This document shows positions 15,253 through 28,935 of a stretch of 64,000 nucleotides of DNA, piece after piece. How positions within the stretch are numbered: position 1 is the first letter of the stretch; each line of letters opens with the position of its first letter. Position numbers and translations under genes: made by a program. The DNA is taken from assembly GCA_964057225.1 (NCBI GenBank), contig OZ059895.1, forward strand, positions 18,662,001-18,726,000. Reading direction: 5' to 3'. This DNA comes from Auanema rhodensis (lineage: Eukaryota; Animalia; Nematoda). Under the pieces are notes generated by a model that did no database searches, was not told the DNA's origin, and saw nothing but the letters and a program-made list of their open reading frames with translations.

Positions 15253-15868
15253 ATCTGTAAAGTTAAAAAGATGATATGATGATATCTAAATCAACAGATT
15301 TAATTGTGTTTAAGATGTGATTAGACTGTGTTAGACAAATAGATTTTGATTTTCAGTACAAAACAAGCATAACTTCCTCTATTTGTATCAATCTGTCGTC
15401 GGTGATGTTGCTGACGACGATCACGATGAACAGTAGAAGTGCTCATCTGATGATCTTCGTGATATAAACATACATTCTTGTCATATGATTTATACTCTAT
15501 GTGTATATCTCTGTATGTATTAAGAAGAAGTTTAAAAAAGAAAATGAATTCCATCTGGATATTGACATCTAATTAGTATAAATCACTATAGAATAACGAT
15601 AACTAGTAAAAATTCAGAAATACAGATGTCATAGATGTCATAGATCATAGAGAAAGTGATGGCAAAGATGAGGTTTAAACATAGAGACAAGTTTTTATGT
15701 TTAATCTTTCATATTAGTTATGATTGGTGTTATGCTAATTCATATAAAAATATTTCTGAAATTACCAAACTATGAATATCTTGTTTTCTTTATTTTGATA
15801 ACAGAACAAAGAAGAAACCCGGTAGGCATAATGTCTCATTTTATCTGGGGAATTATCTCTCTTTCTAG

Positions 15869-15902
<34 letters not shown>

Positions 15903-18843
15903 TTATGTCTCTCTTTCTCTTTATGTCTCTCTCTCTCTCTCTCTCATTTCAAAGAGTTTCTGTTCTCTTTCAGCGTTATTCATTCATTCATTTTTTGGGA
16001 GAGATTGAAGAGGAAAATTAAGAGCAAGAGTTAATATAATCTTGTTTGAATTTAAAAAAATAAAATGATGTAAAGTTTGATAACTATGTGACAGTATATC
16101 TAATCAGATATATCTATGTATATGAAATCTTTTTTTTTCATTTCAATTCATTATATCTTTTTCAATCTTTCATCATATAATATATATATATATATATATA
16201 TGTGTAATAGGATTATTTTTGTATATAAAAATCAATCAATATATGTTATGTATATTTTATAATTTATTTAAAATTTATTCATATATCAATAAAGAGAGAG
16301 AAGGTGAAAGAGAAAGAGCAAGACATAGAGAGAGAAATAGAGAGGGAGAGAAGAAGTATCAACAGTTTTTTACTCTTAGCTTACTTGATTGATGAGAGAT
16401 ACATTACCGATACTACTACCGTTCATGATTCTTAATCTGAAGCTGAACAAACCTACTCTTAGTCAATAGACAGACATTCAACATAATTCTCATAAGAGAA
16501 CTAGAGAAGAAGAAACGAAGATCGTGTTAGAGATTGTCTTAAGCTGAGATAGTATGGCAAAGATGCACAAACGTGATGTAAGAAGGAGATGAGAAAGAGG
16601 TTAAGCCCTGTGGATGCTGATGGTTGTAATAGAAGTACCGCCCAGGAGTTGAGTCTCTAATTCTCTGCATCGGACTCAAAACGATCAGTCCTTACAGCCT
16701 TTCTGTTTCCCTCTTCCTCCCTCTCTCTCTCTCTCTCTCTCTCCCTCTCTCTCTCTCTGAATATGTGTATATAGTCTTCTATCCTCTTCTCATCCTCTCT
16801 CAACCATTACTAGTTCATCTTTGACTTTCTTTTTATCTCTCATAGTCTGCGTCTCTGATGTGTTCGACCACATTGCTCACCTTGTCGGACAGCAAGTCCG
16901 ACGACAACGACACAGACAAGTATGTGTGCGTCTGAGGTTATATGTTTGTAGCTTTTTCATCATCTTTTTTTAAATGTTTTTTATGTACCTCTTAAGTGAT
17001 AGCTGCTCCTAATATAGGCGTTATTGATTTCTTTTTCAAATTTGTTTTTAAGTCTCTAGTTTAGCTTAATCATGTGCTTCTTCTCTTCTTACCCAGTTCA
17101 ACCACCTTCCCCCTCCGCTCCCCTTCCAATTTTAATTCTCTGTTCCAGATATTTATATTTTTCTTAACTCTTTTTTAACGTCCACCTCTCATATATGTTC
17201 AAGTTTTCTCTTCTTTTACTCAACTCTTGTGCAGTTGCTTCTTTTTAGCTACAGTCTTAAGATGTCAAACAGCTAACCGTTTGATTTCACTCTTTCTTCT
17301 TTGGCTTTAAATCTGATGAATCTACTGATCATCTTCAAGATTCAGCATCTTCATGTTGACCATCATCTCTTCTCCTTCCTCCCAATTATTCTTCACCCAT
17401 TACATCATCATATCTCTACGAGAACTTCTTTACCGATCATATCTACTATCTCTTTCTGATTTCTCTTGTCCAGCTCTTTGTATTCTTGTCGTCTCATTGT
17501 TTACACTACTTGACTTTGACGAGATGTCGTCGACGACGATGACGACGACGACGTCTACGATTCATCCCAACTGCACAGTGATGTCTCAGCTACAGAAAGA
17601 AAAATATAGAATAGAACTGAGAGAGAGAAAGACAATGTGTGCTACATCCATCTTCCATGGCGTCAAGCCGCGACATCCATCCAGCGATTATATGGCTAAC
17701 ACGATGTCACACATGAAATCAGTCCTATATACATGGCTGTGAACGAGAAGTCAAGCTTTTGCCGTAGTTTCTGATCTTTATTGTCCATGCATTCATGCGT
17801 ATCTACTACTGATCATTTCGTACAATGTCATCAGAAGAGCTGACATTCACAGCTTCTTTATCGGCTTACTGCTTCTGTTGACGTCGTCGGCCCAGCTCCG
17901 CTTGTACAGATCGTGGGGAGGTGAGAGGAAGGTACGAAAGTCAATCAGTACATCGTCAAACTCCCTCACTCATTGTTTTTCTAATGGTTTTTTCTTGTTC
18001 TTGTGCTCCTGAATTCCTGATTTTCTATAGCATAACTGCTCGATACCGCTATGTTTTCATCCCTATTTTCACAGTTCCAAAAGCATTTCTTTTCGGTTTT
18101 TTTTCGTTTTTTACACTTTTTTTTTTAATTTTTGCATAATCTTCGTCATTATTTCTGTCAGTTTTCTGTTTTCCATACATTGATTGTCGGCCGTTTTATG
18201 AAAATTTTTCTTTTTCCGAACGACGACTACGACGACGATCGACCTCCTCATCTTCGTCATTTCACTTCTGCACCATCATCTACACTATTAGATTATATAT
18301 CATCGAAACTATCATCAGATACACACAAGCACTTACACACACACACACAGGCACACAGTAAGCACTACATACACACTCATACACGTATTCAATCTCATCA
18401 TAATCACATCTGTATTCCATCTTGTCATTCTGAAGACAATACACGAAGACGACGACGAGGAGATAATCACTACTAGCGGCTTCTTCTGAATTCTACAACT
18501 ATCTATCTGCATACGTATTTCCATATATCGACTTGATTGCATTTCTACTCTTAGTTTGGATATCCTATCATATCTGAGCGAACGACATAAGCTTAGACAC
18601 AGGTGAAAAGGAATCTAAAACAACAAAAAAAATCAAATTCACATCGTCTGCTTCTTCCCATTATCGTCACTGAAGCATCTGGAACATTGCTTGCATTTTA
18701 AGCTCCTCACTTTCCGCTCCAAGCCTTTCACAGTATCAGGTTTACGTTGACCGCCATCTCAGTCAGCCAGCTAGCCAGCCAGCCCACCCAAACCGTATAC
18801 ATCGTCAGTATCATTGACTAAATTCTTTAATTTTTAATTAACT

Positions 18844-19287
18844 ATGATGAATCTAACAACCGCCAGCCAGCAACAACACCTACTGCTCAGTTCAGGACTA
18901 TCTGATACCGATGCAGCAATGCTACGTGGTCATTCAAACGGCGCCGGATCTATCGGCATGTCGTCTCGTTCCAACCCTCTATCAACAGGTTAGTTAGTTG
19001 AGATTTCTTCATAAACTTTCTTTAAAATAATTTAATATATATCGTATAATTAGTATTATAAATAACATTTTAAATGAAATACAACTGAAAGATATCATTG
19101 CTTAAATATATTGATATCATCTTTTTTTTTTGTTTTCATTCATCTTGATCAATCACATTATTCCACCAAATTTCAAATGACATTCAGTCATTTATATTTG
19201 CTAATTTCTAATTTCGTTAAGTATATTATATAGTTAACATAAAATTCAGTTTTATTTTTATAAATCTGTATTGACAGCAATAAATAG

Positions 19288-19344
<57 letters not shown>

Positions 19345-19468
19345 AGAAGGTTAGGAAAAAGTTCCAAGAAGGAGTTGAACTTCCTATTAGATCATATTAT
19401 ACCCAATTGAAGGGACTATAGATTTAACTAAACATGTATAAGAGGAAATACCAAGAACAATGCTTCTT

Positions 19469-19500
<32 letters not shown>

Positions 19501-20355
19501 AGTCCGAAACACTTATGTATATGAACGTGCTAACTATATATTTCAAAATATAATATATATTCAACTAACTATTCAAATACTATTTTTATTTTAATCAACA
19601 CTATAGTAAACATGAGAACAAATGAAGATTTAATCGAAGAACAAACATCAACGTCACACAAAAGTACTTTCTAAACCTTTCGATTCCCTTTTTCTTTCTC
19701 TCAAAGTTTCTGTTTATCTCATTCATTTGGCTTTTCTTTTGTCTGCTATGTTTCAACTTTCCCAACCAAAAAAAAATTGAATTGCATGTAGCGTTTTTCG
19801 GTGGAAATGTATCAGAAATATCTGGAAAATTGCGATTTTTCGTAGAATTTCACTCACAAATTCCCTCCATTTCTCTCTTGTTCTTCTTCTTTTTTTGGTT
19901 TTTTTGTCCTTTATTGGCACGGGAACGCCACTAAAGTTCTAATTTTTATGAAATATCAATTCCAATGTTCAGTATTATCAACTTAGCTAATGTAAAAAAA
20001 AGGAATAAAGAACAAAAAAAATGAAAATTTATTCTAAATATTTGAAAATCTCGCGGATTTTATTTTATTTTTATGGGCGAACAAGTTAAAATTTATGTTT
20101 TAATTTGTGATCATCATTAACATGATAACGAGAGAGACAAATTCTAAATCAGACAAACTATCAGATCGGGGATTTTTCCGTTTTTTTTTCGCTTCTTTGA
20201 TCGAAACGTTCAATGAGATGGTGATGGCAAGCAAGCATCAGTCAGCAACAGCTAGACAGCTTCATATATACATCGGGAAGAGCACAGATACAACATAGGG
20301 CTAGTAGCCAAAGATGAAGAAGATTTCATTGATCATCATCACAATCTCTGTTTTC

Positions 20356-20404
<49 letters not shown>

Positions 20405-21067
20405 CTCACTCTTTGTAATCAAACAGAGAGAAAGAGAGAGGGTGTAGAAATCAGAATGAAAAAAAATTCTAAGTTAAGTACAACAAACAAGCCATTAACT
20501 TGTTCTCCGAATTAATTGAAACATCGGAAATGATATTTATCTAATATCATACGAGATTTTTACCATCCAAATTTTATTCTTTGAAATAAAACCTAAGAAC
20601 AACTAGTCATATATTCATCAAAACATATTTTGTCTTCTTAGCACCAAAGTTGAATTGAACTTTCATAAGCAGTGCTGAAGCTACAAGAAATCTCATAGCA
20701 TCATACCTCAACGTCTCTAACACATACAACATAGTAGATATGAACGGCATCATCCAGATGGAATCATAAATGAAAATGTTTTGTGCTCAATGTTATGGTG
20801 TATCCGATAGCCATGAGGCTCTTGCTCATTCAGCTCAATATGTCAGCTTATTCTTATTATCTTTGTCATCTTTGACAACGTTGTACGTAGTTGACTCTTC
20901 GCAGTCCTCTCTGTTCACATCAAAACTTCGTAGACGTCGACACCTGAACAGCTGACCGTTGAGCACGGAAATAAGAAATAGGAAGCTAGATATAGGAAGA
21001 AAGAAAGAGCAAGATAGAGAAAGGGGAAGAGGGGGAGAGAGAGAGGAAAAGAGAGAGATAGAAAGAA

Positions 21068-21100
<33 letters not shown>

Positions 21101-24100
21101 TGGAGATAAACAGGAAGAGAAAGAGTTAAAGAGACGAATAAGAGAAGGACAAAGATTTTGTCTCATCTTCTATTATACTTTCTCTTTCAACAAAATTCCG
21201 TTCAAAACGATTTTTGAGTTTTGTTTCCGATTCATAAAAGAAAAAAAAAGAAAAAGATGAAGGGGATAGGAAGAGTATGATGATGTTGATGTTGATGATG
21301 ATACAATACAATGAAGATTTATCCAATATCTGATTGATTATCCCAATTTAATAGTTTAAAATGAATTGAAATCAATCGTGTAATTATACGGAAAAGAATA
21401 ATTTGAAATTATTTTAATTAAATTTCAAATATCCATACACATAATAGAATATATTTTAATATTTTATTAAATTACAAACATTTATGTTTATAGTTTATAG
21501 TTAAGTTGTAGGTGGATTTTTGATATAGAAAGTAGAAATGAATGCAACCTACTCACGTAAGACGTAAATATGAAAATGAAATTGTTCACGTAAATCTCAC
21601 GTATGATGAAAGTAACATTTTTACATATAGTTATGCTAATTATATAATTTCTTGAAGAAAATAAACAATTTTCAAATTAAAAAATAATATATTACAGATC
21701 ATGTACTGGAATTGATGAATACTGTGAATACAATGGTCAAGAATGGTCAATTTACATCAGCATTAGCTAGTACTGTCTTTCAGCTATGTGCTCAATTGAA
21801 AATAAGTGGACAACTGTTGGAACAAACACATAAAAGTATGTAATATACATATTAACTATATGTTTTATAACTATAATATTTCATCATTTATTTTTTTTTA
21901 CATATCATATAACTAACTTCTTATACCTCACTTCAAACATACATAGTCGGCTGTTCATCATATTTTTTCTATCCTATCTCTGTTTTTTCTTTCAATTTTA
22001 GACAAAAAAAAACAATAATTTGGATGAAAAAAAAGGAATATTGTCATTGTTTTCCCTCACTTCTCTTAAGAATTTACATAATATACTTTAGGAACACGGA
22101 AGAAAAAAATTGTTTATCTTTAGATTTACCTCCCTCTCTATTGCTCTCATGATAAGCTCAATTTAGTCATAATCTCCCGTTAAAGCTCATCTGTTGTAGT
22201 CTCATGTTTCTGGATTAATAATCCAGTGAGCCAACGAACATCAATCTCTCACAATGTGATATGGAAGCCAGTTCATTGACCGCAGCTCAACTCGATCAAT
22301 AACAAACCTTATTTTCTTTTAAGACTTCCTTCTTTTCATATTCAAATTCAAAGTTCAAGTTGATTATATTAGTCATTTATGAGAAAGCTTGTAGCATTAT
22401 TATATTTATTTATGACATTTGAGTCCGTTTGTTAATAAGGAAGTTAGTTATTATATAATAATTAATCTTTTCAATCTCTTATAAACAGAACAAAAATAAG
22501 ATTAGTAATCACTATTTGTATAAATATTATAAATTATTGATTGAAATTCATCAAAATAATTTTAATTTTTCAGATGAACTTAATAAAGTATTTGTGTCAT
22601 TGCGACAAGCTTGTTGTCGAGATAATGGACAATTGGGTACACCATGCAGGTACTGTAACACAATACTGTTTCTCTCTCAAAAAAATATGTTTTTAGGTTG
22701 AAAATTATGGAACTTGTTGAGCTACGTGCTATGCATTGGAGAAGTAATTTGGCCCACAGTCAATACTATGTGAATAGACCCGAAAACAGTAAGCAATTCA
22801 GAAGATGGTTTTGTTAATTATGGCAATTTGCCAATATTATAGATGGTGAATCGAACACGATCATGACACAGAAATCGGCACCACCTCAGCCAACACCTAC
22901 AGCAACAGCAGTATCAACAGCTACGGCTAATCCTACTCCCCAGTTCATTCCACAACCTATGTATCTACCTCAAGACATGCCTTCTCCCGGTAAGAATTTA
23001 TACTTTAGTAGCCTTGTTAACTATACAATTGCTCTATACACCCTTCAACTAACTATGCTTGTTGTTTCAGCAGCAAATCCTGGCTTTTTCTTGATTCCCG
23101 CTGGTGGAGCATGGATGCCACCAATCATGCCTTCAGGTGCCATGCTGCAACAGAATCCGTTTTTACCTCAAACCATGATAAATCCCGAGAACATGCTGAT
23201 GAGACAACGTAGTATTAAGAAGGTAATCAAATCAAAATGTACGATTATTAAAAATGCAATAATCTTATAGCAGTCATCAAATCCAAGATCCTTACAGCTG
23301 CGTCATGAGATGATTATTCGTAATAGTGACAGTGGAAAGATTATGGGAGTTAAAGGACGACGTGTAGCTTTAGTCGAACAGTTGACCAATACTGTTATCA
23401 GCTTCCAAAAAGTATATTATACTAACTATATCATATAAAAAACCGTTAATTGTAGGTTGATCCCAAAAGCAAGGAACGTACTCTAACCATAACAGCTAGT
23501 ACAGCTGAAGATATTGAGAAAGCAAAAGAGCTTATCAATGAAACAATTCGTCGTAATATGAGTCCATGCCGAGTAAGATATATCACATAGATTAGCAGTT
23601 AACAGTTTATATCATAATGCAGGCTGAAATGGCTGCTGATTCGACCACTAATAGCAATGGACAATCAAATCTTGGTCCTGAAAAGGAAGATGCTTACGAT
23701 GACAACGACATCTCAATTGAAACAACTCAAGATGGCATGTTGAAGCTTTGTTGTTCTGATCCTCAAGTTCTTCAGGTTAGATATGATCTACATAAACATA
23801 TCTATAGATATACATATATAGATTATTTAATATTATATTTTTAATTTTATAGGCGGCTCAAGAAGCCTTATCGGAATATCTTCGGATACGAGCACGACCA
23901 TCAGCCGAAGAACGTGAGAAACGTAAAGAACGTCGTAAAAGTCTACCATTACAACAATCAAACAATCAGACAACTACTAATCTCAAAGTAATCTATTTTA
24001 CTTTCTCTTTCTTTATTATATGATATAGCTAAGGGCTTATATCTATCGTACTTTAACGTGTTTTACTTTCAGCCATCTAGAACTTTCCATGGATCAACAC

Positions 24101-24583
24101 CTAATTTGGCTGATGCTGCTGCAGCTTCTGATAAAGCTCGAGCTGCTCAACAACATCATCAACCGGATTCGTCCACCACATCCAAGTGGTCGGTCAGTGT
24201 GCTGTGAACTTTTTTTAACGTTTACATCATTTTTTTGACTCTTTTTGTGAAATTTTTTCAAATATTTTGCATAATGTTCAAGCTTCTGCCTAATATGATC
24301 GTTGTGATGCTTTGTGTTCATTTTTCTGGCAAATCAAGCCATTGCTTATATAATCCAAACGCTTTTGAGACTGATGTTAGCCGTGTTTTCATCCAACTCA
24401 TATCACAACAAGCTTATGAAGATATATTGATAACTCAGATTCTTGTCAACAAGCTTTATGTTCTTTCAGATGATGTACGATCGCAATACCATATTGAATT
24501 TACGCACCACATCTCAATCCACCATTGGTTTACGTGATCAAGTCCATGCAGTTGCTCCTGAATTATTACGAACATCTACATGA
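18844..24583 (+). CDS. mxt-1: eIF4E-binding protein Mextli (MIF4G-like region, KH domain, C-terminal eIF4E-binding motif)
   Basis: Spliced exons encode LKIMELVELRAMHW, a KH domain (LRHEMIIRNSDSGKIMGVKGRRVALVEQLTNTVISFQKV) and a final exon MMYDRNTILNLR resembling the YxxxxL-phi 4E-binding motif. Stop TGA at 24581-24583. Confidence 0.85.
19291..19345. repeat. (GA)n microsatellite (intronic); further CT/GA runs near 10500, 16720, 19470, 20360 and 21000-21120
   Basis: Seen directly. Confidence 0.95.
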
Positions 24584-25370
24584 TCATGCTGATTCAATAT
24601 CTATTTTCATGTTCTTTTCCATCAACAAAAAAAGTTTTCTTTGACCAAAACTTTGTTCTGTCAGGGTTTATTCTTGTTCTAATTTTTAATTTTTTGACTT
24701 AAATTATTCTTCATACTTCTACTTCTTAAACTTTAAACTCATCAACTTTTTTTTGCTCCAGCATGCTCATAATCCAACACATTACACTTACAAAAACTTG
24801 GCTGGTATCCAATTACTGAATCTAGTCATTTCCGAAGTGTATTTTTAGTTCTTTTTCTCTTTCTTTTTGCTCTACTTTATATTTGGTTTCTTTAGAGCTT
24901 ATTCGTCTGTACATTTTCATGAAATGACCTCCCATTTTCCGTTTTATCTTTTCTTCCAAAATGTCAGATTTTCATCAGAAACAGAACAGAAATATATTTT
25001 TTCTCTTCCATAAACGTAAAGATACAACAGAAAAATTTGTTTTATTATATATAAATAGAATAAATATATTTATTGGTATTATAAAAAGAAATCTATTTAT
25101 CTATCTATCACTTCACCATTTTCTAAGAATTTGAAAATTACAAAAACAAACAGCAAGAACATTTATAGAAATTACTAAGATTATTATATCTAAATCTATG
25201 TTCATCCTAAATGGTTGATATTCGTTCACGCTCACAGTTATACAACTACTTTTTTTTCTAAAAATATAAAGTATTCTTTGCATGGAATGATTAGTTTTTA
25301 GCAAGATGAAGTCAAATTATAAGTCTTTTCCTTGTCGAGAACTTGGAGATCATTATAATTAATGAGGCAA

Positions 25371-26855
25371 TTATAATTCTACTTGAGTTAAACGTATGGT
25401 TCCATCATCTCCACATGAAGCTAAGATATTTGGGTGACCAGGATTCCAAGCAACACAGTTAACTTCTCCTGAAACAAAATTGGAGGTAAATCTCAATGTT
25501 CTCATAAAATTATGTACCATCATGATTTTCAATTACTTGCTGTTCAGATAAAGTAAATTCTTCCCCAAGTTCTTCGATAGATAATATTCTAAAACATGAA
25601 AATGGGGAATTTCAATTGAATGGTGGTAGTACCTGATAGTTGAATCTCCCCCAGCAACAGCAATAAGATTTGTCGTCTGAAATAATTTGAAAGTTCTCTA
25701 AATATTGGGAAAATAGCTAACCTTGTTCCAGGAAACGCTATATAAAGGCCATTTAGATTGCTCAATTATATATTTACACACTGATTTCCAAGTATCTCTT
25801 GTTACATCCTGAGAGCTATATTCTCTCTTCCAAATCTATTGTTCAAATTATACTTCCGAATGCAAAATTTAAATTTACTTGAACCACGTGGTCTTCTCCC
25901 ACAGTAACTAAGCGATTTCCTTCACTATCAAAATCAGCACACCAAACAGTTCCCTCGTGAGCCTAATTTAATTTTTAAAATTGAAAAATCACGGATATTG
26001 TTAATACGTTATCAAATTTTTGCTGGGTTACCCAATCCTCATCGTCAAATCGAAAGAATTTAATTGAAAAATCGTAGCTACACGAGACCAGAAGCTGAAG
26101 CATATTACGTGATTTTATGAACAAAGTAAATAATGGAGGAAATAATCTTACATTCTCAGTGGGGTGCCAAACTACAAACTTAACATCTTGAGTATGGGCT
26201 TGAAGAACAGAAGTTACTTGATAATCTTCTTCTTCATCAACTTAAAAACGGTTTTTTTGCAAATAAATATAAGAAACATCTGAGTAGAGGGACTTACCAT
26301 GCCAAAACCACACTGTTTTATCTCTGCTACATGATGCCATATATTCATCACTTGCATTGAAAGCTACACATTTAACCTGAAAAGGAGTTCAATTAAAGAA
26401 AATTAAAAGCTTTACTTTACCTCGCTTTCATGACCTTCTAGAGTATTAATTTCCGAATACATTCCACTATAAATGAAATAATTAAATATTTGAACATAAT
26501 TGATTATATTACTCTTCTTCCTTACAGAATACAACCATCGAAGCGTCAAAGCTTCCGGAAACTAAGAAGTTATCACAATGAGTGAATGCTAAGGTACGAA
26601 CAGCTTTAGTGTGTGAATCGTCATGAGTTACAGTATTGATGAGAATCTCATCACCATCTAATATGTTTATTACACAATAATTTCAATGAAAATGTACTTA
26701 CTTGGTGCATATTTCCAAACCCTAACACATTTATCATCACCTCCACTAGCTAGTGAAGTTCCATTATAATTCCAAGCAACCGTCCACACGCGAGGAGGAA
26801 CTCCTGGGTTTGTTTTAGTAGGTAAAAACGTCCCAAGATCTTTCAGCAATCCCAT
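25371..26855 (-). CDS. CIAO1: Cytosolic iron-sulfur assembly WD40 protein CIAO1/Cia1; multi-exon
   Basis: [90 protein letters not shown] and [17 protein letters not shown] match the characteristic Cia1 WD repeats. Confidence 0.9.
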
Positions 26856-27556
26856 TCCTTAAGCAAATAAGTAAATCTTCGATTCATAACGAGTATAAAA
26901 ACATGAATAATGAGGCTAGAATAAGGAAAACATATATTGAAAAGCTTTCATTTCGATATGCTACAGGTAAAAATAAACTACAGTTATTTCATACGTATTT
27001 TCAAACTACGGACAAAATTTCGAAGTCGACGCCATACTCAGCTTTCAACTTTGATATAGCTTGATGTAGTTAGTGTTATGAAGTGTTATTTCGAATGCTT
27101 AATAAGCGATATAAAACTAATATATTGAAACTCAAAATATTTAGAGAAAGGCAAAAAAAATAATAAAAGTAAAGTACATAATGCGTATTCAGGAAAGTTT
27201 AAAGTTAATTTTCTGATTAACAGCTTAGAGTTGGTTAGAATGATTTATACTATCTATTGCAGGAATAAATAGAATCAATTGTTATGAGGAGGCAATTACA
27301 CAAGAATCACGTCAAGGATGTAACATCACGCAAGATAAGCTATCACAATGGATGGCGTTGTTGGAGCAAAAAAAGAAAAACGGCATAGTCATTTCTCTCT
27401 TTCTACCTCTGTTCCTCTTTCTGTCATCGTTTCTCTCAATTGCTTTTCTATGTATACATCAGATTTGATTATAAAATTATTCAAAATATATGTAAATACT
27501 CAACAAAGTTCTGCTGACAACGAAACAAAAATGAGAAAATAAAGAAAAACAACAAT

Positions 27557-27590
27557 GCTGAGTAGGCGTTCAACATGAACGTTCCTGAGC
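27557..27590. other. Degenerate palindrome starting with telomere-like TAGGC at the gene-rich/repeat boundary; candidate elimination (SFE-like) motif
   Basis: GCTGAG-TAGGCGTTCA-ACA-TGAACGTTCCTG-AGC has a CGTTCA/TGAACG inverted core with AGG/CCT and GCT/AGC outer symmetry. The function is inferred. Confidence 0.35.
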
Positions 27591-27736
27591 AAATTGCGTA
27601 TGATGCTCTTTTATTACATTTCCGCTCATCTGATGTGGCCGTGTTGTGGAGCGGATAGGAATGGGAGCATGCTTGGTCTTATTGAGACATGTGAGATCTT
27701 TGGACGCGAGTGGAAGAAATGCAGTTTAATTTGATA

Positions 27737-27847
27737 GAATTAGTGTTCTACTCGATCCTTGAATCCATTCTTTCAAACAAGTCAAAGTGAATTTGTTGAA
27801 AAGGGCTGATTCTAAACATGCACATATGTCGTCAGTAGAAATCTCAG
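27737..27847 (+). repeat. 111-bp direct repeat, left copy
   Basis: Matches 63866-63976 with one mismatch (TGTTCTAC vs TGTTGTAC). Confidence 0.95.
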
Positions 27848-28225
27848 TCAAACTCTAGTCAAATAAAAATAAATTTTAGTCTATCTTGATTCTATCATTT
27901 CAATCTAATCATTTCCAGTTTAAAATAAATGAAAAACAATTATTCAGTTAACAATATTTATTATATAAAATTATTTTATATTTTTAAACAGTATAAAAAA
28001 GTATAAAACAATATAATAATTTTAAAAATATAATATAAGAATGAGCAAGGTATTTTATTATTTAACTTGAAGCTTTCATTTATAAGCTTATTCTCAGAAA
28101 TTCGCCAAGATAAACTGAAAACATAACTTCCATATGATAGTTCTGTAGAAGGAAGACGTGAACAACTGGTCTTACGGTCAACAGCTCCTGCGCTCTTCAA
28201 ACTCCGAACTCCTTTGACAGCTCTG
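27846..28225 (+). repeat. Internally deleted copy of the palindrome-arm sequence (AT-rich segment joined to a diverged 209-bp unit)
   Basis: 27846-28036 is the reverse complement of ~38530-38720 and matches 40655-40780. 28037-28225 matches the 209-bp unit at 41056-41240. Confidence 0.9.
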
Positions 28226-28371
28226 AAGTAATCGCGCGCGATGGTACGGAATTAAAAAACATGATATATTCGTAGTCTTGAAATTTACAGACTGAACGAT
28301 GGACGGACAGCTGGATCAGGCATCATCCTACACATCTGAATACTCAGCTTTTAATTATTTTTATTTCATTT

Positions 28372-28935
28372 CAGTTGATGATCTTTAAGAAAATCTGACA
28401 TTCATTGGGTACAACGTGCCTACAGCCTGAACGTTTTTGTGAACAAATCTTCTGGATGGGCTGGATATAAACCTGTTTTCCGGAAATAGGAGAAGTCCTA
28501 GCCAATTCTCACTAGGAAATTCAGATTCTACACATCCGAATACCCAACCTCGAGGTATTTCAAATTGATTTTAGTTGATGATTTTTGAGAAAAAGGGACA
28601 TTCACCAGGCACAACGTGAATAGAGCCTGAACTTTTTGTGAACAAATCTTCTGGAGGGGCTCGATATAAACCTGTTTTCCGGAGTGAGGAGAAGTCCTAG
28701 CCAATTCTCACTAGGAAATTCAGATTCTACACATCCGAATACCCAACCTCGAGGTTTTTCAAATTGATTTCAGTAGATGATTTTTGAGAAAAAGGGACAT
28801 TCATCGGGTACAACGTGCCTAATATCGATATCGACCCTATTCAAAAGATTTGCTCACAAAAACGTTCAGGCTGTAGGCGATTCACGATTTTCTCAAAAAT
28901 CATCTACTGAAATCAATTTGTAATACTTCGAGGTG
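28372..28935 (-). repeat. Diverged 200-bp satellite copies in inverted orientation (~2.3 units), followed by a short flipped fragment at ~28845-28935
   Basis: GTGAACAAATCTTCTGGATGGGCTGGATATAAACCTGTTTTCCGGA is the reverse complement of the main array unit. Confidence 0.9.

Noticed and set aside
15367-15445. Imperfect hairpin (GTCGTCGGTG..TGCTGACGAC) as a possible miRNA precursor
   Set aside because: Only ~10 contiguous pairs, several G-U, and no recognisable mature miRNA; cannot be supported without folding and small-RNA data.
3428-21326. SLSLSL/ERERER-rich short ORFs
   Set aside because: Translations of GA/CT microsatellites.
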